From Paragordius varius (lineage: Eukaryota; Animalia; Nematomorpha): 64,000 nt of DNA. Location of the stretch: positions 2,356,001 through 2,420,000 of the forward strand of contig OZ176053.1 of assembly GCA_964247055.1 (NCBI GenBank), read 5' to 3'. Below are positions 49,401 through 63,100 of the stretch, in pieces (the stretch's first letter is position 1; each line of letters opens with the position of its first letter). The translations under genes were made by a program, and so were the position numbers. The notes beneath the pieces are model-generated. The model was not told the origin of the DNA. It saw only the letters and a program-made list of their open reading frames with translations, and made no database searches.

Positions 49401-50956
49401 ATTCGAATCCCTCTGCCCTAAATATCATTCCTCTACTGCGATCAGTTACATACATGTCGTATATACTTGTGGTAATATTTCTTTTTCGCTATATATTTAA
49501 ATTATTATCCCCAATAACGAAATAATTTTGTTTGCGTTTATATTTACAATGAAAGTTCCAAATTCAATTCTACTGCCATTGTTTGTGAGACCACGAAGCT
49601 TGATCACAAAATCAGAAACAGTAGGAGCTGATTCTATTACCCATGCAAGTGAAATAGTTTCGAAAAGTCCCATTTTACCTTCACATGGTATATTTTGAAC
49701 CCTACTTTGTTATATGTGCTTCGTATTTTTATATTAGTATCAGATATTTGTTCAATCCTTTTTTAATCAGTTTTTTATTTATTTCCAAAGAATGGAATAT
49801 ATAACTTAAAATAATTTTTATATTATTAGATATGACCAGTATGTCAAACATACCAATTACCAATTCAACAAGTCGGGTAAAAACACCTAATATTTTTACC
49901 CAATCCTCCAAAGCGGATATGGAAAAATCGCAAGCAAAAAACGAGTCTGTGATATTCCAAGGCCCAAAAGTCATATCTATGCAAGATCAAGAAGTTAAAA
50001 TAGAAAATTTCTATTTTGACACGTATAAAGGGACCAAAAGTTTGCATTTAAATTATAATTGTATTATAATATTGAAATAAATGTGTAAATTTACTTATAA
50101 ATATAATTCTAAAGGTATGGCAACGCATTTCTTACTTATCTTCATATTCATAATCTGTTTTGGACTTTTTATCCTATTGATCTATTTGATATTACACATT
50201 TTTCATTGCCAAACGTGGCATGGATTAACTAAACGATCATCATCCACCCCAGATTCAATTAGGAAATGCTGTTTTGGTGTACCATCATTCACAGACATTT
50301 TGGGCAACTTTAATCCCATAAAAAGTGCAAACAACTCCAAGTATCAAACATTATCCAATACATCAACAAAATCTTCGAATAGCGAAAGCAGTTTCAATAA
50401 TATTGGGCACAAAAATTGTAAAGACCCCTGTCAATATAATTATCAGCATACTCATGCTTTAGTTAACTCTTCTTTCACATCGCAATCTACCCTTGAAGCT
50501 ACGAGCTATAAAAATAAAAATAATTACAATCCCTGCGTATTAAACACATCAAATGTATATGACGTTTACCAAAAAGATGCATTTGTCATCAAAAATAGTA
50601 GTAGCGTTGATGATGGACGAAATGAACAATTTACAATTAATACTGGGACAAATTCATTCATGAATAAATTGTGGTCACGTTTAACATCCAAAGTCCGTGG
50701 TAACAATCAAAATCAAAATACTAATGTAAATATCCAAGAAAACAGTTTTATCGACCAAGGGCCAATTACAGCTCATGTTAATAGGAACAAAAATATTCTG
50801 TCAACCCAATCAGTAAGTTATAATAAATGGGATCATAATTATGATAGTTTTTATCGGTGTAGACCGTATTTGCTTCTCCAACAAATACAGAATCAACAGA
50901 GGCAAAGGCAAATGCAGGGAGCTCATCACCCACAAAATTTTGATGCACATATCTAA
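46446..50956 (+). CDS. EVA1C: EVA-1/EVA1C-like single-pass receptor with two SUEL (Gal_lectin) domains, ~687 aa
   Basis: Exons 46446-46542, 46603-46922, 48001-48127, 48206-48385, 49316-49471, 49556-49687, 49830-50039, 50115-50956. Hydrophobic leader; SUEL1 TCQNE..LVCP..ALYG..CLS..LQ..CQDKREC..FGNPC..KYLAIKFKCQP; SUEL2 VCED..LEC..ASFG..CFGKDSC..LCP..YIHVVYTCVP; TM FLLIFIFIICFGLFILLIYLIL; long low-complexity tail. Confidence 0.88.
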
Positions 50957-52189
50957 AAAAATGTTTTCTGCCAAATGTAGTGCAATTATTTTTGAATTTT
51001 TTGTGATAATATACACCATAATAAATTATTTTCATGAATTTTATTAAATTTAAACAAAATGTAATATATTTTAATTTATATGTTACATATTATCATAAAT
51101 ATCATTTGCATATTTAATGAATTAATTCGCGAATCCAAAATTTGTTTGATGTGATACAAATGTGCGCGCTATGTATTACTGTTTAATAAATCATAACTTA
51201 AAACTTTAACTATGTTTGACAAAAATTAATTCAAAACAAAATAATTTATCGACTATTGCTTGATTCAAAATTACCAACCTTGGAAAAAAGTTTATGACAT
51301 ATTCATTATAGCATTTATACTTTCAATTCACCCTCGAAAATTTAAAATTTACCTTTGAACAATTCAATTTTACCCCAAAATATATTTTGGTTTTTGGATT
51401 AATCAAACTCATTCTTATAATATTAGTTTATCATTTTTTTCTGTATTATGTTACAGTATTGCACATTTATGTTGGCCATTTCACATATATTTGGCCAATT
51501 GTTAATACAGTAGTTTATCAGTAAAAACAACAAATGGTTAAAATTAAACAATTTTTCCTATCTCATAACACATTGTAGTATAGACAAATACACTCTTTGC
51601 CCTATGACTATATTGATACTTAAATTTTTTTTATTGTGAATTTTTAAAATTAAACGAATTTTTGCTTATTTTAATATTAATTTATTTTTAGATTTAATTT
51701 TGATAATTTTTATTTTTTACCCAATTTAAAATATAGATAAATTTCCCTACTATAAAATGATTTCAAAATTTTGGCACACGTTGTTTCTGTTTCTGTATTC
51801 TATTTTCTTTTTTATTTTCAAATTTTTATTGCATTCCTTTTTTGTAATTAAGCAAGCCTTTCACCCAAACTTCCATATATATATTCTTTTCATTGGTACC
51901 CTGCATAATTTTATATAGCTCATTCCCATTTCAAATCAACATTATAAATTTCGACCTGTTTTTTATAGCATAATTCAAATTTTATTCCTATTTTTTTGAA
52001 AAAAATACATAATATTTAAACATAAATTCAAAGGATAACAACTAATGCTAAAAAACGTAAATTATCCGATGAAAATCGCTCCTTTATTTGTGGTTTTAAA
52101 TAAAAATGTTGTTACATGCCATATATGTAAGGACAACATAATTATAAAAAATACATTATTGAAAGACATTTTTTAATCCATCACCAGAT

Positions 52190-52993
52190 AATCATGAGGA
52201 AAGAAACGGAAAATATAATAATAAGGAATTATACTGGAAAGAAAGATCTTTATGTCCATAGCTTCCTCCCAGATATTTTCATTCTCCCAGATATTTTCCA
52301 ACATAAAACGATTAATGAAGATAATATGGAATTTACCGCGGAGATTAATTTAATAATAGGCAATCATTTAACAATTTTATCTAATGAGATGAAATTCAGA
52401 ATTTAAGAATAAAGAAATATTAAAAATTATTTGAAACTCGTTGAAAATCCATGGCTTATGGATATATCCTATTAAGCAACTTCAGCATTTCGGTTTTATC
52501 CGGCGCATATCCTTGAAAAATTCGTATAAACATGATTCCAATTTGGAGGCTATATTCAAGGAGAATCGTAGAGAAGAAAGATATGCAGAGTTATGGCAAG
52601 ATGTGCCAAATAACTATGATATATAAAAATTAGCTCAAGTTATCCTAACTCTTTTCCCCTCAACTTACACGTTTGAGACGGCATATTCATAAATGAAATA
52701 TGTCAAGAATACATACAGAATCGCTTAACCGATGCTCATATGGACGATGTGTTAAGACTGGCCGGTCATGAGGCGAAAAATTTGTCAAAAATTATTGGTT
52801 AATATCAAAATATATGTTATGGTGCAAATAGATTTAATTGCGATCTGCAAAAAATTCATTGTGCTTATTTAGAGTATAAATATGTGCATATGTGTCAAAT
52901 AGCTATGTAATATTTGAAATTATAAGGTTCATGGCCCTAGAAAAAAAAATATATTTTATTTGGCCCGTCAAATTTTTTTGGTGAGTACCACTG
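52190..52993 (+). pseudogene. Truncated Buster/SPIN-type hAT relic (transposase C-terminus plus right TIR)
   Basis: LTLFPSTYTFETAYS*MKYVKNTYR..RLTDAHMDDVLRLA dimerisation motif; ends GAGTACCACTG followed by CTCTACTC. Left end not found. Confidence 0.75.
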
Positions 52994-53564
52994 CTCTACT
53001 CTATTACCAATTGGTCAACAATATACATTAACCAGCATAGATGTGCATAATTTAAACATAATTTTATTGTTAAATAATTTTAGAAAAAATATATAATCTA
53101 CATTTATGGATAATTTTAAACGTTCAAGTGTAATTTAAAATGTGGGACAACGGTATATATATTTAATAAAAATTAAGCGTTTATACATGTGAATATTGCG
53201 ACTTTTAAAATACATCTTTTTTGAATAGCATCAAAATATTGAGAGAAAAACCATATTAGAGGATTTACCCAAACAATAACCAAAATCATAAATAGCGAAA
53301 ATGGGAGAACTTTATGCGCATTATAATAAACAACCAAATAAATTAAATAGTTAATATTTAATTAATACAATTTTAATTAAAGGTTGTGATGATAATGAAA
53401 TATGTAAAGTATAATGAAATATTATATAAGATAAAACTGTTTTTGAATTTAACCGCTTTAATTCGTTAATAAAAATTAATATTTATATGAACTCCAAAAC
53501 GTAAGCGGAACTCTATGATAAGAGGTTAGTATTAAAAATATAAAATCTATTAACATAATGTTAA

Positions 53565-54949
53565 TCTATATATTTATAAAAATGAAAAATGGTGGCTTTG
53601 TGATCTGTTTCCGGAAAACCGGTAGACCCATTCAAATCTAAATGTCGAAAATGAATGCCCCGACAATAGCGCCTTTTTTAGATTAGGTCCCCAGTGCCCG
53701 TGAAACGGTTTTTTTAGACAATTTTCCGGAAAACGTGTTGGACCATTCGATTTCAAATATATTTTTTAATTATTTTTAATTGCGCCGAACATAGTCGGCT
53801 CGCTTTTTTAATTTAGCTTTTTATCCGCTCCCCCCGTAAAATGCCACTTTTTTTAAAAAAATTAAGTCCACAAAATTATTTTTTTGAATCTATTTTTCGT
53901 CCAAGGTATGAGACCGTAAAAATTCAATAAGGATTCCAGGTATTGCCGTAAAAAGGCAAAAATTTTAGTCAGGCGTTCTTTGAAGATAGCTGCTGGGTAA
54001 GGATATACCCGCTAAAAACTGACCCGTCATATCGAAATAGCGTGCTCTTAGGGCTAAATTTCAGAAAACCTATCAGGCCATATGAGTTCAATAACTGCTT
54101 AAAATATTACCGTGGCGTTAATTAGGCCCTTCACGCCCTGAAAAATGCGCCACCATACAATGATTTTTTTTGAGGCAATTTTTCCAAAAACTAATGAGAG
54201 CATATGGAATCAATCATGATACCAGGTATTCGTAAAAAGGCAAAAATTCAGGCGCTTTTGGTATCAGCGTCTGGGTAGGAAGCTACCCGCCAAAAACTGC
54301 GCCACTATATAGAAATTACGTTGTTTTGGAGCTATTTTGAAAAAACTTATGCCATATGACCAAATTTAAAGTTCGAAATATACCCGTAACTAAGTAAAAA
54401 TTAAGGTCAGGTCTTTTTTATTAGCCACTAATTTGGGGCCTTCATGCCCTAAAAATACGTCATCATATAACAATTATTTAGTGTTGAAGTATTTTTTCGA
54501 ATAACCAATGAGACGATGGTCTCAAAAATAATTCCAAATATTTTCCCTATAAAAGCAAAAAATTTAACTCAGCGCTTTTTCTATATAGGCCTATGGGTAG
54601 GGGTCTACCGGTTTAAAACAGAGACGACATACAAAAATGGCGTGGCTTTGAAGATAATTTTTAAAAAACTTAAGAAGCCACACGAGTTCAATAGCTTTGT
54701 ATATTACCCATAAAAAGGGAAAAATTATAGTATAGCGGTTTTCTCCGTTAGCCGTCAATTTGGGGCCTTTACACCAGTAAACAATATTAGTATGAATGCA
54801 ACGTTTAGAAAATCCTATGAGATCATAGCTATTAAATAATGTTTCGAAATAATCCACATATATGGATCATTTTATTAATCCCTTTTTTCGAATAGCCCCT
54901 TAGAAGTCCGAAGGATTTCTCGGGTTGTGTAGCAGCACGAGATTACTAG
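53565..54949 (+). mobile_element. Non-autonomous Helitron, 1385 bp
   Basis: A|TCTATATATTTATAAAAA 5' end; imperfect 3' hairpin CTCGGGTTG..CAGCACGAG, then CTAG|T; no TSD; three diverged ~300-bp internal units; a second copy starts at 62101. Confidence 0.82.
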
Positions 54950-55061
54950 TAGTATATATATAAGTAAAATAGAGTTTTTCTTAATTAAATATAATAACGA
55001 TTTTATCTTATGGTAAGGGATGGTTATGTTGTGGTACAATTCCATACAAAAATTTGTTTTA

Positions 55062-55277
55062 CCGGACTAAATTTTGATAGCATTTTACAGTATTAATTTT
55101 AATGGTTGCTTATTTCTCACTATAGTTGGGGATTTTGGAACAGACTTATGGAAAAAACAACAAAATGTTGAATAAACAATTTTCCCCCTTTGCCATACAC
55201 TACTGTGTGCGAAATGCAACTATATTGTAAAAATAATCAACCATTAAAATGCATACTGTAATGCTTATTAAATTCCG
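55062..55277. repeat. Small hairpin (probable MITE)
   Basis: tagcattttacagtattaattttaatggttg pairs with caaccattaaaatgcatactgtaatgct. Confidence 0.55.
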
Positions 55278-55833
55278 ATTTTATTCAAGAATTTCGTTTT
55301 TACACAGAGCTTTGAAAAATCATAATGAAAGGTGTTTTAGCTAAATTGTTTTGTATTAAAAATTAAAAAAGCTATATTTGTAACATCTTTCACAAATTGT
55401 AACACCTCTTTAATGGCAACAAGATTTATTTTCTAGAGCGATTATATCTTGAAAAGTATTTAACGTATTAGGCCTAATTAAAAATATGCGTAATTTAGCT
55501 AAGGCGCGAATAATACGTTTTTTTAAAAAAAGTAAAATTGTTAAAAAATCCTTATCTCAAATTATTACACCGTTGTTTTTTTCTTTATTTTTTTTAAATC
55601 GATAGGATTGGCACATAAATGTATATTATGGTTAAAAAATGTAAATAAGTAACTGTAAGCATTTAATTTATTTTTACTAGCAAAAACTTGTTGATAAAAA
55701 GCTCATAATATGTCATCGCGGATAAAATAATGAATGGTCATGAAGTGTTAAATTAAATATGCATTTGGGAAAAAACGGTGTCATAATCTGTCATATATTA
55801 TTAAAAAAATCCGGCTTGTTGCGTTTACCTTAA

Positions 55834-56363
55834 CACTTGGATACAACGCTTTCATTTCAGTCCTTTGATTTAAATTGGGGTAGTTAGATACCCCAGGCTT
55901 GTTTATTATTTTAAAAAATATGGAATAAATAAAAACCATGGCAGAGGTTTCCATTTATATAACTTTAATAAACCGAAATATTATAAAATGTTCATTCAAA
56001 TATATTTGATATGCCTTAAAGGTAAAAATTTAGCCAACATGACATGTGCGCATAAAAATACAAAAATAATGCAAAATATACCACTTTTGTTTCTATCAAT
56101 GTTAAATGTGATTTTATTATAAAAGTTAAGTTAATTTTAGGGAATCAAATAAATACGAAATTTTGCAAAGTAAAAATGGCGTCCAAGTAGTTTGATACGG
56201 AACTTTTTTTTCCAAAACTAATTTTATTTAGATATTTTCGCTTATATATATAATATTTATTAAAGAATAAATTTAAATTGGAACCATTTCTTTCAGTAGA
56301 TTTCTAAATTATTAATTTAAATATTGTCTAGGATATTTAGATACCCCAATTTGAATCGAAGTG
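55834..56363 (+). mobile_element. TTAA MITE, copy 4
   Basis: TTAA|CACTTGGATACAAC ... AATCGAAGTG. Confidence 0.78.
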
Positions 56364-56586
56364 TCATTTAAGAAGGAGCCAATTTGAAAGACTAGAGCCC
56401 TTATCTAAATTTTTTTACAAAAATATTGTTTATTTGATTTTCAAAATATATAAAGAGAATGTAATTTAGCATAATATGCATTTTTGCAAAGCTGGTAATT
56501 AGAAGTGTAAATAACCTTTTTAACCCATAAGCCCGGAAATAGTGACAATGATAATCCTTAATATTTCTATATTACAGATTTTGTTT

Positions 56587-56895
56587 TTATTGTAATAATA
56601 TTCGTACCCTCTGCGATTTTTTTGGTATGCAAAGATTGCAATAATAGTATCTGATATAAAATGACTCGTACAAAGCCGAAAATAATATTGAGATTAATGA
56701 TACATAAATTGAAAAAAGGTCTTTCATGGTAATCTGTGCTTGTCGCAAATATAACAGTAACATTATATTTTGGAACCAGTTTTTAATAAAATCCTCCCAA
56801 GTTTTTTTATAAATAAGTAATATAAATACATCTCTTATTCCCCATATGTAAAAAGTTTTTGTCAGCTCTAAAGCGAATGTATTGATAAAAAGCAT
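56587..56895 (-). CDS. Candidate first exon of an unidentified hydrophobic (possibly MFS/SLC46-like) protein
   Basis: Open for over 100 codons in very AT-rich DNA; ATG at 56895; hydrophobic stretches; IYKKTWED weakly resembles SLC46 VYRRIWEE; possible donor AGG|GTACGA near 56606. Downstream exons not resolved. Confidence 0.35.
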   Translation of the reverse strand: MLFINTFALELTKTFYIWGIRDVFILLIYKKTWEDFIKNWFQNIMLLLYLRQAQITMKDLFSIYVSLISILFSALYESFYIRYYYCNLCIPKKSQRVRILLQ

Positions 56896-56919
56896 TTTGG
56901 TAGATTTGAAAATAGTATT

Positions 56920-59900
56920 ATGGTTCAACAAGATATGCGTGACATATATTTTAATTGGTTTGATTATTTACTTAAACCAACTGAAATTGATTTATACCTT
57001 AAAAGCCAATCAAGTTAAAAGTTTATCATATTTTAGTCCATTCCATAAAAATTATATTTAATCAAGCCCTTAAACTTATTGTAATTAAGATACCTGAAAA
57101 GGAGCCAAATTTTATTCCAAGTATATTTTAAATAATGTTAGGTGATTTTGAGAGAAATGACGCAAAATATTTAAATTATTACGTGTTAATCAACAAAATC
57201 CTATGCATTCGAAATTGGGATATAAAATATCTAATCAATAAGTTATTACTCTTATTATTTAAGTGTTTCACCCATATTTATATACTCGTTAGTTGACTTT
57301 CTTACATTATACTCTGACAAAAATTTATTTGATTTACCAAAGATAAATCAGATATCGGAACCAACTTCCTTATTTTTTGCCATATATTGTAATGTTTTGT
57401 AAGTTTTTTCCCATGATAATGTTTATTAGATTCATACAATTGATAATTCAAGATAGCTTCCCAAAGAAAGATGATCGAATATATTCATTTCCAATGTAAT
57501 ATAATTTTTTTTTAAAAAAATTACTTTTTAATCTTATTTTTACTCCTTAGCCCTGAACAGTTGGATCAAACCTTACATGCAAACCTAAACAAAAAATTTA
57601 TTGATCAAGTATGCTTTTATTGCATAATAATTTATGACAAATAGGTTTTTAAACAAAAACATTTAACCAAAAATGTGCTAATGTTTAAGTTAAGAAACCA
57701 ATCTCTAGTTTTTTATATATCAATTTTATCAATATAATTTAGCTAATTTTACGCAAAGAATGTATTGTGACATGGTTGGAAAATGCATTGGATTACCTTT
57801 CCACCTCCATTACATCAAATGACAGTGATAAACAAATTATTATATCACGTCCGGATATTGGATATTTCAAAATTTTTGACACTTATATTTACAAGAATTT
57901 TGTCGCTTGCCGTCATGATAAATCGGAACTATATAATTTTACTTCAGTTATAACTGATTCAAATTTTGTTACAAGTTTGGACCTTGCGACAATTATTCAA
58001 AATATTAATGTCATCCTAGCAAAATACTATTTTTATGCTAATAATCTTGACAAATGCAAAGCATATTTGCTACAAATCAAGGAAAATAACTTTGTTACTG
58101 ATCTAAAGGAAAATAAAAAGAAGGTGTGATCATTAAATTATTGCACTTTATACCAGGGGGTATCCAACACAAAGGCTACGCCCACCGTATTTTGGAATCA
58201 AAACTTCCGACGGGCCTCATTTACAAAATATATGGGAATTAACAAAAAATTTAAGATTACACTAAAGACCCTGTAAAAATAACTGTTATATTTTACAATG
58301 GTTGTTAGTTTATCTCCAAAATTCGTAATGACTTATTTAGAAAATTTGTTGAAAAAAAATGAATTTTACCTAGATTTTGTAATATTTTTTATTTAAAATT
58401 TATTGCTGGCGGCAAAAATGTTTTGGTAGTCCGAATGTTGGCCACCCCTGCCCTATACTAAAAATTTAAACATTATTTTGAGAGTTTTTAAAATTTTATT
58501 TGCCCTCAGGAATATGCACTTTATTGGATAAATTTTATTTTTTACTGATTGTTTTACCATAATTAAGTTTTTTTAAAAAAAATAATTTTTATTTTAAATA
58601 ATATGATATATATTGAAAAATATTTTTTATGCCGATTTTAACAAAAAATTTTGACATTTAATATAAAATTTATTATTTGTTATTACTAACTGTAAAATTA
58701 CTGTAAAATTATTAATTTTTTTTATTATATTATTGAATGCTTTATTAGAGATATATTTTATATTATTTAATATTAAAATGAATAGGAAAATGATACAGTT
58801 TTTGGGTTTCCGCTAAATTCGATTGACTCGTCAGAATTTTTAGGGTATTGTTTAGCTTGTGGCATCAACGATATAGAATATAAACCTTCATCAAAATTTT
58901 TACTGAATCACTCACCATTATACAGCAATAATATAAATTTTGCGACACTTACGTCCCAAGTATAAAATATATAAATAGTTTTTAAATTTAATTTAATTTT
59001 TTAAGCTTTTTTGAAATATGTATTTTATAAAATAATAATAGGAATGGGTTGACATACTGGAAAAAGATTTGTTATTTAGCATTGGAAATAACGATAATGA
59101 AACCAAATTTAATTTGGAAACTTATAATTATGGATTGTCGATTTGTTTGGATGAAAATGTTACCACAAATTCCACCGTATTGCCGCAAGATGAGTAGTAT
59201 TTAATTTTTTATTTGTCCAAAACTTTTATAATCCATTTATTTTATTGGTCAATATATATTAATTTCTAATTTTTTTATATAACACTTTACGAACTTATGG
59301 GGTCATCTTATATCCTAGAGCTTTTTAAAATTTGTATTCTCAAAAAATATTTATTAAGTCGAATTTAAAATGTTTGCTCTAAAAAATAAAATCAGTTGTA
59401 TATTCTCATCTTAAACTTTTTCACCGCCATTTTTTTTTAATTTTAATCGGTATTACAAGGCAAGTAAATGCATAAATAGACTAAATGCATATTATGATCA
59501 TTAATCTTAATAAGTTTTCAGCTTATATTTTACCAGCAAAAACTTTCTTGATTTTAAAATCAGCTGTATTTTACAATGTGTTTTTTTTGTCCGAATTTCA
59601 GACTCTGGAAGTTAAAGCTGTAAAAAAATTTAAGCTTTTTTTCATCTATGTTTAATATTTAAATTTTAACTAAAATAACTTTCAAAACAGTAGTCTTTTT
59701 ACACGATTGAGCTTTGGGATATATAAATACCTCAAAATGCCATCGCAGACAAAAAAGTGAAAAGGTCATAAAGTGTTAATATATATGAAATGTCCAGTAT
59801 ATTTATATATATATATATATATATATTAAAGTTTTAATTTGGAAATACTTAAATAATATATATTATGTAGTTTTATTATAATGCATAGATTTTCCCCACT

Positions 59901-60038
59901 GTGCAATGAAAAAATTAAAATTTTGTACACTCTCAAATGTACTTTAAATAATACGGATTTGAAAACAACTACGACATCCTCTATGGATTGGTTTTTACAG
60001 GAACCTTATATTGAAAAGACAACCTATCTTTTTAAGGT

Positions 60039-60102
<64 letters not shown>

Positions 60103-63100
60103 CTAAAAGTGTTTTTTATAAAAAAAAATTTTTTAATTTTGGGCAAGTATGATTAAAATAATATGTGATTATAGAAATCCAATTATATATATATAGAAAT
60201 ATATATATGTTTTACAATTTATAAATTAATAATTTTATCCGACACCGAAATTTATTACTTTAAGATAACTTACTTATAATCGTCTTATTACATTAAATTT
60301 TGAAAAATAAAGATTCCCCTATTTTAAACTGCTTGTTATAGTTAAATTTTCCCATCAAAAAATAATTTAAAAAAGAACATGTTTATGGTTTTTAGATCAT
60401 TAATAATATAATGGACACTTTGATTGAAACACAAAAATATCAGCTCATTATATCTTTGCTTACGAAGATGAAAAGTTCTATCATGCATTTATTATCAAAT
60501 GTTTGGTTGTTATTACATAAGATATCGCCGCCTAAACATCAACAAATAAACTCTGAATACCAGGAACATTTACAAAAATTTATTGATAAATTCACCAAAT
60601 TGAAATCAGTCGATTCAAATACAATTGAACCGTTTAAAATTAATCATTTTATGGTGGAGATCGGCGATTTCATTTATAAACTTATAAATCAAATTTTATT
60701 GCTACCAAAATATGAACAAGATTTACAAATGGATTCTGCTATGATAGCCTCTGAAGATAAATCATTCACATCAGGTTTTTACAGTTAAAAATATTTTGAA
60801 ATTATATATTATTTCATATGTTTCTGAAATATTTTTGTTTGTTGAAACTTATAGATTTTTAGGGTTTGAGATTGGGAATAGAGATGTTGTACATTGTAAC
60901 GCATGATTAAATTTAAGAATTATAAGATTATAGATTAGGGGCTAATACATTACGTGCAATTTAGTGATCCATAATTTGCAAAAATATGCTTAAAAATCTT
61001 AGTAAAATCGATTTTTCACAAACAATTTTTTTGGATAAAAGTCTATCTAATTGGCAATGAAGTAGAAAAAAATATTATATTTTGTGTTTCCATTTTGCAG
61101 TCATGTTCGAAATCTAATAAAATATTTATTAATGACCATATATATTTCTAATGAGACTCCCCCCCCCCCCCCCCAGAATTTTTGAGTTAGAATTGCGGCC
61201 CCAAAACCATTTGTTTTCGATACCCATTTTGAAAGACAAAGGAACAGAGTGTTTTTATAAAAAAATATAGGGTTAATTTGTCATTGTTTAATTTTTGATT
61301 CATGTTTTAATACTTATATTTCCTTAAATAACCCTTAAATTCAATAATTTGCGCATATATAAAAACAGTTGTTTATATATTACAATCATGTTGTTTTCTC
61401 CCTCCGTTTTAGATAACATTTCAGTTATGCAATTGAAATATCAACTTATAAATTCCCAACAACCTAATGTTATAAAGGATATCATATTAAAGTTAACTAA
61501 TACATACCATTGTGATTACAATGAATTGATAGCTAATCCTGACTTACTTAATGTAAAATGTTTAACATTACATTTTTATTATCCTCAAAATATATATATA
61601 ATTTTATACATGTATACAGAAAATTTTAGAGTTTAATTTTGAATATAATATAAACACATAAAGTTTAAAGATAAAATTTATTTTTTTTGTGAAATATTAG
61701 ATTTTTCTAGGATTATTTTGAAGTATTTTGCAATATGAAATTATTTTTAGCTTAAAACTTTTCTATTTACAGTATTACACTTCGATTTTTGGTTATATTA
61801 AGCAATATTTTACCAAATATCAAATTTATGAATGATATTATTAAGATTTTTAATAATAATGAATTAAAGTTTTTGCAATATTGATTAGAACAATATTCCG
61901 CAATATTTGTTGAGTACTTTATTAACGTTACCAGCTGGTATTCGGCGTTCATATCTCCATCTTTTATTAGCCAAAGCTCGGTTATATCTACATAGTCAGG
62001 TAATGAAATTTTTATTTTTTAAAAAAATTTTATAATTACATATAATTTTTTTAGAAAATATAATATTCCATTGCAGTATTAATTTACTGTATATTCTGTA
62101 TCTATATATTTATAAAAATAGAAAATGCTGGCTTTGTGATCTGTTTCCGGAAAACCGGTAGACCCATTCAAATCCAAACATTGAAAAAATATAATTATTA
62201 ATGAATGCCCCAATAGCTTCGCGCTTTTTTTAAATTAGGCCCCCAGTTCGGGCCCACTCCGTGTATAAAACGGGTTTTTTTGAAAACATAAATCCACAAA
62301 AATCGTGTCTTTGAGACATTTTTCCGGAGAACGTGTTGGACCATTTAATTTCAAATATGATTTTTGTTTACTTATTTTCGATTGCGCCGAACATAGCCGA
62401 GTCACTTTTTTTAATTTCGGCCCTTTTTACCCGCTACCCCCGTAATATGCCATTTTTTCAAAAAAACAAAATCAACAAAAATAATTTTTTGAATCTATTT
62501 TTCCTTCAGGTAAACAATATATTAGTATGAATGCACCGTTTTAAAATTCTCATGAGATCATAGCTATTAAAAAATGTTTCGAAGTAATCCACATATGTGG
62601 ATCATTTCATTGTCCCTTTTTTCAAATAAGTTTGAATTTTTTAAATAATTATGATATTTATAATACCGTTAACATTAAGTTTTATGTTTTACAACAAAAC
62701 ATTTGTCTTTTAGCCATAGTAATATATTTTAATATATTTATTTTGTATATAATGTTAGGCTAGTTTCATTTTTATAAATTATGGTTGTTTGTTCGATTCA
62801 TAACTTAAATGCTAATAAACTATATAAAATTGATATATACCTTTAAAATTCCTCATAATATAAAAATAAAGTTAAGACTTGGGCACAGCTCAGTGCTTAG
62901 ATTCAAATTGGGGTAGTTGGATACCCTAGACTTGTTTAAAATTAATTATATCAAAAAGTATGGAATAAATTGAAACCATAACATTATTAAACCGAAATAT
63001 AAACTTTAATCAAAATACTTGATATTACTTATTCAAAGGTAAAACCCAAAGGTAATAATGTAACCAACATGACATGGGTATATAACCTAAATATAAAATA

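Noticed and set aside
49500-49974. Minus-strand open frames (MTFGPWN.., KMGLFETI..)
   Set aside because: Antisense to EVA1C-like exons that fit the plus-strand model.
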